A DNA stretch of 64,000 nucleotides from Candidatus Eiseniibacteriota bacterium (GTDB taxonomy: Bacteria; Eisenbacteria; RBG-16-71-46), in assembly GCA_963744995.1 (NCBI GenBank), contig CAVUWA010000001.1, positions 32,001 to 96,000 on the forward strand, in the 5' to 3' direction. The notes beneath the pieces are model-generated. The model saw only the letters and a list, made by a program, of their open reading frames with translations, did not search any database and was not told the DNA's origin. Below are positions 59,650 through 64,000 of the stretch, one piece after another (the first letter of the stretch is position 1; every line of letters starts with the position of its first letter). The translations under genes and the position numbers were made by a program.

Positions 59650-60549
59650 TCACCTCGCCTCTGCCACCATGTCGGAAAGGGATTGTTCGAGTGGAATCCT
59701 CGGAGCCCAGCCGGTCAGCGCTCGAAGTGCGCTCGAATCACCCACCTGTTCGAGCACTTCAACCCGGCGTCTGGCGGGATCTTCCACGGGGCTGGCCTGT
59801 ATGCCGCATGCGCGCACGACGCCGTTGAAGATCGCACGAATCGCCACGGGCCGACTCGTGGCGACGTTGTAGGCGAGACCCCACCCGTCCTCGCCCGCGC
59901 CGAGCCTCCGATATGCCTCCGCCGCATCCCGCACGTCGACGAAGTCGCGTCGCGGCTCCAGTGCGCCCACCTGGATCGTTCCCTTCCCGGCGGCGCGCAA
60001 CGCCAGCGCACGCGCCATGAAATCGGAAGGCGCAAACCCGGGACCCAGTCCGGGACCGACCAGATTGAAGGGACGCGCGACCTTGATGCGAAGCCGCCCA
60101 CGCAGGTGAAGCGCCATCGCCGCGAGTTCCGCGGCCGCCTTGCTTATTCCGTACGCGGTGACCGGGCGCAGGGGCGTCGTCTCGAGGACCGGACTTTCGT
60201 CCGGGCGCGTGAGCCCATAAACCGCGGCGCTCGAGATGAGGACGATGCGACACCCAGGCGTTCGCTCGGCGCATGCATCCAGCAGGTGGCGGGTCCCACC
60301 GAAGTTGACCGCAAAGCATCTCTCCTCGTCGGTCCCGAGGACGCCAGCCAGATGATAAACCAGGTCGGGCCTGGCCTCCGCGACCAGGGATCGCACGGCG
60401 TCGCGGTCAGTGAGGTCCACGGGGGCGAGCGCCGCATCGATGCCGGGGCGGTCGGTGGCGATGAGCGTCGAGCCCGGCTCCGCGGCGAGCAACGGCAGCA
60501 AGTGCCGCGCCGTGAACGACGCGGCTCCCGTGACCAGCACGCGGCTCAC
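59650..60549 (-). CDS. NDP-sugar reductase/dehydratase, Rmd-like extended SDR
   Basis: VLVTGA, YHLAG, SSAAVYG, YGISK, RPFNLVGPG, RRDFVDVRD. Confidence 0.85.
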   Translation of the reverse strand: MSRVLVTGAASFTARHLLPLLAAEPGSTLIATDRPGIDAALAPVDLTDRDAVRSLVAEARPDLVYHLAGVLGTDEERCFAVNFGGTRHLLDACAERTPGCRIVLISSAAVYGLTRPDESPVLETTPLRPVTAYGISKAAAELAAMALHLRGRLRIKVARPFNLVGPGLGPGFAPSDFMARALALRAAGKGTIQVGALEPRRDFVDVRDAAEAYRRLGAGEDGWGLAYNVATSRPVAIRAIFNGVVRACGIQASPVEDPARRRVEVLEQVGDSSALRALTGWAPRIPLEQSLSDMVAEAR

Positions 60550-60592
60550 GGTCGAGCGCCCGTGCAGCGGCCGCGGCCGGCGCGCCGGGCCA

Positions 60593-61327
60593 TCACCCGG
60601 CACCCGGGTCCGGCGCGCCGTCTTCACCCAGGAACGCGGCCCGATGCGCCCGGAAGGTGTCGAGGGCGCTCTCGTAGTCATCGACGCGGCCGATGTCCAG
60701 CCATAAGCACGGCGCCTCGAACGCGATCACCTTCTCCCCCGCAGCCTTGAGCCTCAGCAGCAGATCCGGCATGCCGAGCGCCTCGCCATCCGCAATGTGC
60801 CGCAGCGCACTCGGTTCGAGGACATTCACCCCCATGCTGACGGTGTAATGGTATTCAGGCTTTTCGATGTAGCCCTCGAGCGCACCGCCAGCACCGGTCT
60901 CGACGACCCCGAAATCGATCCTCACGCTGCGCCGGTGCATCGCCAGCGTCGCCGCGGCACCCTGCTCGCGGTGGTGCCGCACCAGCGCGCCGTAGTCCAG
61001 CGTCGTCAGGACATCGCCGTTCATCACCAGAAAGGTCTCGTCGAGATTCGGTACCAGACGCAGCGGTCCGGCCGTCGAGAGCGCCCTGGTCTCGCGCGAG
61101 TAGTGGATGTCCAGCCCGAAACGCGAACCATCGCCGCAAAAGGCCTCGATCAGCTCTGCGAGGTAGGACACCGCAAGCGTAATCCGCGTGAACCCATCGC
61201 GCTTGAGCTGGCGGAGCACGATCTCGAGGATCGGCATGTCGCCGACCGGCATCAGCGGCTTGGGCAGGACGGTCGTATAGGGGCGAAGGCGAGTGCCTTC
61301 CCCGCCGGCGAGAATCACTGCATGCAT
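60593..61327 (-). CDS. Sugar-phosphate nucleotidyltransferase
   Basis: ILAGGEGTRLRPYT..PKPL, MNGD, EKP, WLDIG. Confidence 0.93.
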   Translation of the reverse strand: MHAVILAGGEGTRLRPYTTVLPKPLMPVGDMPILEIVLRQLKRDGFTRITLAVSYLAELIEAFCGDGSRFGLDIHYSRETRALSTAGPLRLVPNLDETFLVMNGDVLTTLDYGALVRHHREQGAAATLAMHRRSVRIDFGVVETGAGGALEGYIEKPEYHYTVSMGVNVLEPSALRHIADGEALGMPDLLLRLKAAGEKVIAFEAPCLWLDIGRVDDYESALDTFRAHRAAFLGEDGAPDPGAG

Positions 61328-61343
61328 GGGGCCGTCATCCGTT

Positions 61344-62333
61344 CTAGACGTTGTAGAGGCCGGGCTTGTAGCGCGCGAGGTGCTCGCCCATCCACTCTGC
61401 CGTGCGACGCACACCCTCTTCTAGCGTCACCTGGCTTTGCCACCCGAGCGCTCGCTTCGCCAGCGATGCGTCACAGACGAGCTTCATGACCTCGCTCTTC
61501 TCCGGTCGCACGCGCGCCGCTTCCTGCTCGACCCGGGCCCTGCGGCCGGTGACCTCGAGCGCCATTTCGAGCAATTCGCCCATCGTCACGCCGCGGCCGC
61601 TGCCGAGATTGATGGTCATGCCTTCGACCCCGTGCGCTGTAGCCGCAGCCAGGTAGCCGGCGACCGTGTCACCGACGAAATTCATGTCGCGCACCGTATC
61701 AAGTGAGCCGACCCGGACGACATCGGAAGTGAGCGCCTGTGACAGCACCGTGGGCAGGAACGCTCTGGCCGACTGGCGCGGCCCATAGGTGTTGAAAGGG
61801 CGCACTGTGGTGACGGGGGTGCCGAAGGACAGATGATAGGACTCCGCCAGCTTGTCTGCGCCTATCTTGCTGGCCGAGTAGGGCGACTGGCCCTGCAGGG
61901 GGTGGTTCTCGTCGATCGGGGCATAGACTGCAGTGCCATACGTTTCGCTGGTGGACGTGTGCAGCATGCGACCGACCTCGTGCCGGCGCACCGCCTCGAG
62001 CACGTTGAGCGTGCCACGCACATTGGTTTCGACATACTCGGAGGGCGCGACGTACGAGTACGGAATCGGGATCAACGCTGCGAGGTGAAACACGACTTCC
62101 GTGCCCGCGACCAGGCGATCCACCAGGAACGGGTCCCGCACGTCGCCCGCGACGATTTCCATGGCCTCCCGGGTCGAGGCAGGGATGCGATCCAGCTCGG
62201 CCCAGTCATTGCGGGAGTTGTAGTGGACCAGAGCCTTCACGCGAGCGCCTTCGTGAACCAAGGCTTCAGCGAGATGGCTCCCGATGAAGCCCCCGGCGCC
62301 CGTGACGACAACCCTTCGACCGCTCAATGACAT
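61344..62333 (-). CDS. NAD-dependent 4,6-dehydratase (LegB-like)
   Basis: TGAGGFIG, HLAALIPIPYSY, TSTSETYG, QSPYSASK, RPFNTYGPRQSARA; GGAGG RBS; TGcTATACT upstream. Confidence 0.9.
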   Translation of the reverse strand: MSLSGRRVVVTGAGGFIGSHLAEALVHEGARVKALVHYNSRNDWAELDRIPASTREAMEIVAGDVRDPFLVDRLVAGTEVVFHLAALIPIPYSYVAPSEYVETNVRGTLNVLEAVRRHEVGRMLHTSTSETYGTAVYAPIDENHPLQGQSPYSASKIGADKLAESYHLSFGTPVTTVRPFNTYGPRQSARAFLPTVLSQALTSDVVRVGSLDTVRDMNFVGDTVAGYLAAATAHGVEGMTINLGSGRGVTMGELLEMALEVTGRRARVEQEAARVRPEKSEVMKLVCDASLAKRALGWQSQVTLEEGVRRTAEWMGEHLARYKPGLYNV

Positions 62334-62408
62334 CCGGCATCCTCCAACGCGCGGCAATTCACGCGGCCAGCGAGTATAGCACGCGCCGCGGCGGGCGCTT
62401 TCGAACGC

Positions 62409-63587
62409 TCATCGTCTTGCCCGTCGCGATCTGACAGTCTCGATCAATGGATCGATCACCTGCTCGAGCAAACCGAGCACCGCCGCGGGGGCGTGCACCC
62501 GCTCTGCGTAACGGCGGGCGAGGCGACCAGCGGCGCGTCGTGATTCAGGGTCGCTCATGTACCCGCTGACTGCCTTCATGAGAGCCGGGTAGTCGGGCGC
62601 GAAGCGCCCGATCCCTTCTCGCGTCACCAGACCGTCCGGATCCACGCAGGAAACCGTCGGAATCCCCGCCGCCCACGACTCGAGCAGCACGTTCGAGAAT
62701 CCTTCGACCGGCGAGGTGTGCACGACCAGGGCCGCTCTGCGCCGCAGCGCGTCGAGCTCCGCACCCGGCAGGAACCCATTCACCTCGAGGTTGGGTATCG
62801 ATCGGGCGGCCGCAACGGCCCGTTCCCACGACTCGCGTGTGAGCGGCGGCGGCGGCACCACCCCGCCCATGACGAAGCGAAACTGCGGGAGACCACGGGC
62901 CAGCTCGATGAACCACTCGGGCCGTTTGATTGCCTTGTAGGTCGCATTCCAGAGCACGATGCCGTCCAGACCCGGATCCACGACCGTGTCGGGGAGATCC
63001 ACGATGTTTGGAAACACGTCGCTCGTGACGCCGAAGTTCGCCGCAAGTTGCGTCTGCTGGAACGCGGTCTGCGCGAGCACGCGATCCGCGCGCCGCATCG
63101 CACGCTGGAACCACCGCACGTTCGTGCGCCCGGAGCCGCGCGGCGGACGCGGCACCACGTCATAGTCGCTCATCATCGCCAGCACGAATCCGGCCCCCCG
63201 CCATCCCGCGACCTCCGAGGCCAGCCCGGCGGCCATACCCGCGCCGCACACGTAGTAGACCTCGGCGTCGGCCTGCCACAGCGCGGCGGTGGCGCGGCTC
63301 AGCCGTGGGTGGAAGAAGCGCAGTCCCCGGAGACCACGGCCCGGACGGAACGAGCGCAACACTCGCACGCCATCAATGGTTTGGATGCGTGGTTGGCCGA
63401 AGTCGCACGTGACCAGGGTGACTTCATAACCCCGCGCGGCCAGTCCTCGCGCCAGGCGCACGACCAGCGCTTCCGCGCCTCCTGCGAACTCGATCGGCTG
63501 CTGCGCGATCAGCGGATAGGCGTATTCGGAATAGAAGCACACGCGCCCGCGCGAGGTGCGGGCCGCGGGGTCTGCAACCGCGCTCAT
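62409..63587 (-). CDS. GT4 glycosyltransferase
   Basis: AGGAE, KRPE, EGFSNVLLESW. Confidence 0.9.
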   Translation of the reverse strand: MSAVADPAARTSRGRVCFYSEYAYPLIAQQPIEFAGGAEALVVRLARGLAARGYEVTLVTCDFGQPRIQTIDGVRVLRSFRPGRGLRGLRFFHPRLSRATAALWQADAEVYYVCGAGMAAGLASEVAGWRGAGFVLAMMSDYDVVPRPPRGSGRTNVRWFQRAMRRADRVLAQTAFQQTQLAANFGVTSDVFPNIVDLPDTVVDPGLDGIVLWNATYKAIKRPEWFIELARGLPQFRFVMGGVVPPPPLTRESWERAVAAARSIPNLEVNGFLPGAELDALRRRAALVVHTSPVEGFSNVLLESWAAGIPTVSCVDPDGLVTREGIGRFAPDYPALMKAVSGYMSDPESRRAAGRLARRYAERVHAPAAVLGLLEQVIDPLIETVRSRRARR

Positions 63588-64000
63588 GTCCGTCTCCAGC
63601 GCTCGAGAACCGTCTCGAGGCGCGGCTGAATTCGATCCCAGGCAAAGCCCTCCGCCGTCGTGCGCGCCGCCGCACCCAGGCGCACTGCGAGCGCAGGATC
63701 GTCCGCCAGCCGCGAGAGTGCGGCGGCGAGCGCGGCGGGGTCGCCTGGAGACACCAGCAGGCCGTTCGCGCCGTCTTGCACGAGGTCGGCCACCCCCATC
63801 ACCGGGGTCGCCACCACGGGACGGGCGTGGGCCATGGCCTCGAGCAGGACATTGGGCAACCCCTCGCCGCCGCGCGCGGCGAGCACGACGCAGCCCGCCG
63901 TCCGGTAGAGGTCGCCGAGGCGGTCCGGATCCACCATGCCGAGGAACGTGACGTCGGCTCCACGCACCCGGGCGAAGCCCTCGAGTCGGGAGCGATCCGG
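63584..64000 (-). CDS. GT4 glycosyltransferase, C-terminal part (start outside window)
   Basis: EGLPNVLLEAMAHARPVVAT. Confidence 0.9.
   Translation of the reverse strand, partial: PDRSRLEGFARVRGADVTFLGMVDPDRLGDLYRTAGCVVLAARGGEGLPNVLLEAMAHARPVVATPVMGVADLVQDGANGLLVSPGDPAALAAALSRLADDPALAVRLGAAARTTAEGFAWDRIQPRLETVLERWRRT

Overview
A very GC-rich (roughly 70%, estimated by eye) bacterial chromosomal window with about 50 genes and one tRNA-Gly(GCC). I saw no CRISPR array, rRNA, transposase or phage genes. A secreted protein with a C-terminal FlgD-Ig-like domain hints at a lineage such as Ca. Eisenbacteria, but this is inference only. The first 24.6 kb is mixed: ABC permease, a 5'-truncated transporter-HEAT gene, a membrane Ser/Thr kinase, YdeI, a GAF/sigma54 activator, DUF885, a PncC/NadD-like protein, a secreted GH13, a cfa-desaturase-fabF lipid cluster, nfeD-SPFH, a TrxB-like flavoprotein, folE, lysC and galT-glgA. 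From 24.8 to 64 kb lies a ~39-kb mosaic of surface-glycan operons: 10 GT4, 4 GT2, 2 GT-C, a priming transferase, 2 flippases, a Wzy/ligase-like protein, nucleotide-sugar enzymes and tailoring enzymes. The most notable signals are: (1) a sigma54 enhancer/promoter pointing at a structured ~220-nt segment with no credible ORF (4365-4588); (2) a 5'-truncated gene fragment bracketed by an exact 13-bp direct repeat (731-743 and 1999-2011); (3) an orphan sigma70 promoter-terminator unit at 18646-18725; (4) a terminator just before the first gene of a glycan operon (36602-36633); (5) the cfa + soluble acyl-ACP desaturase + fabF cluster. All family calls come from motif recognition; no searches were run.
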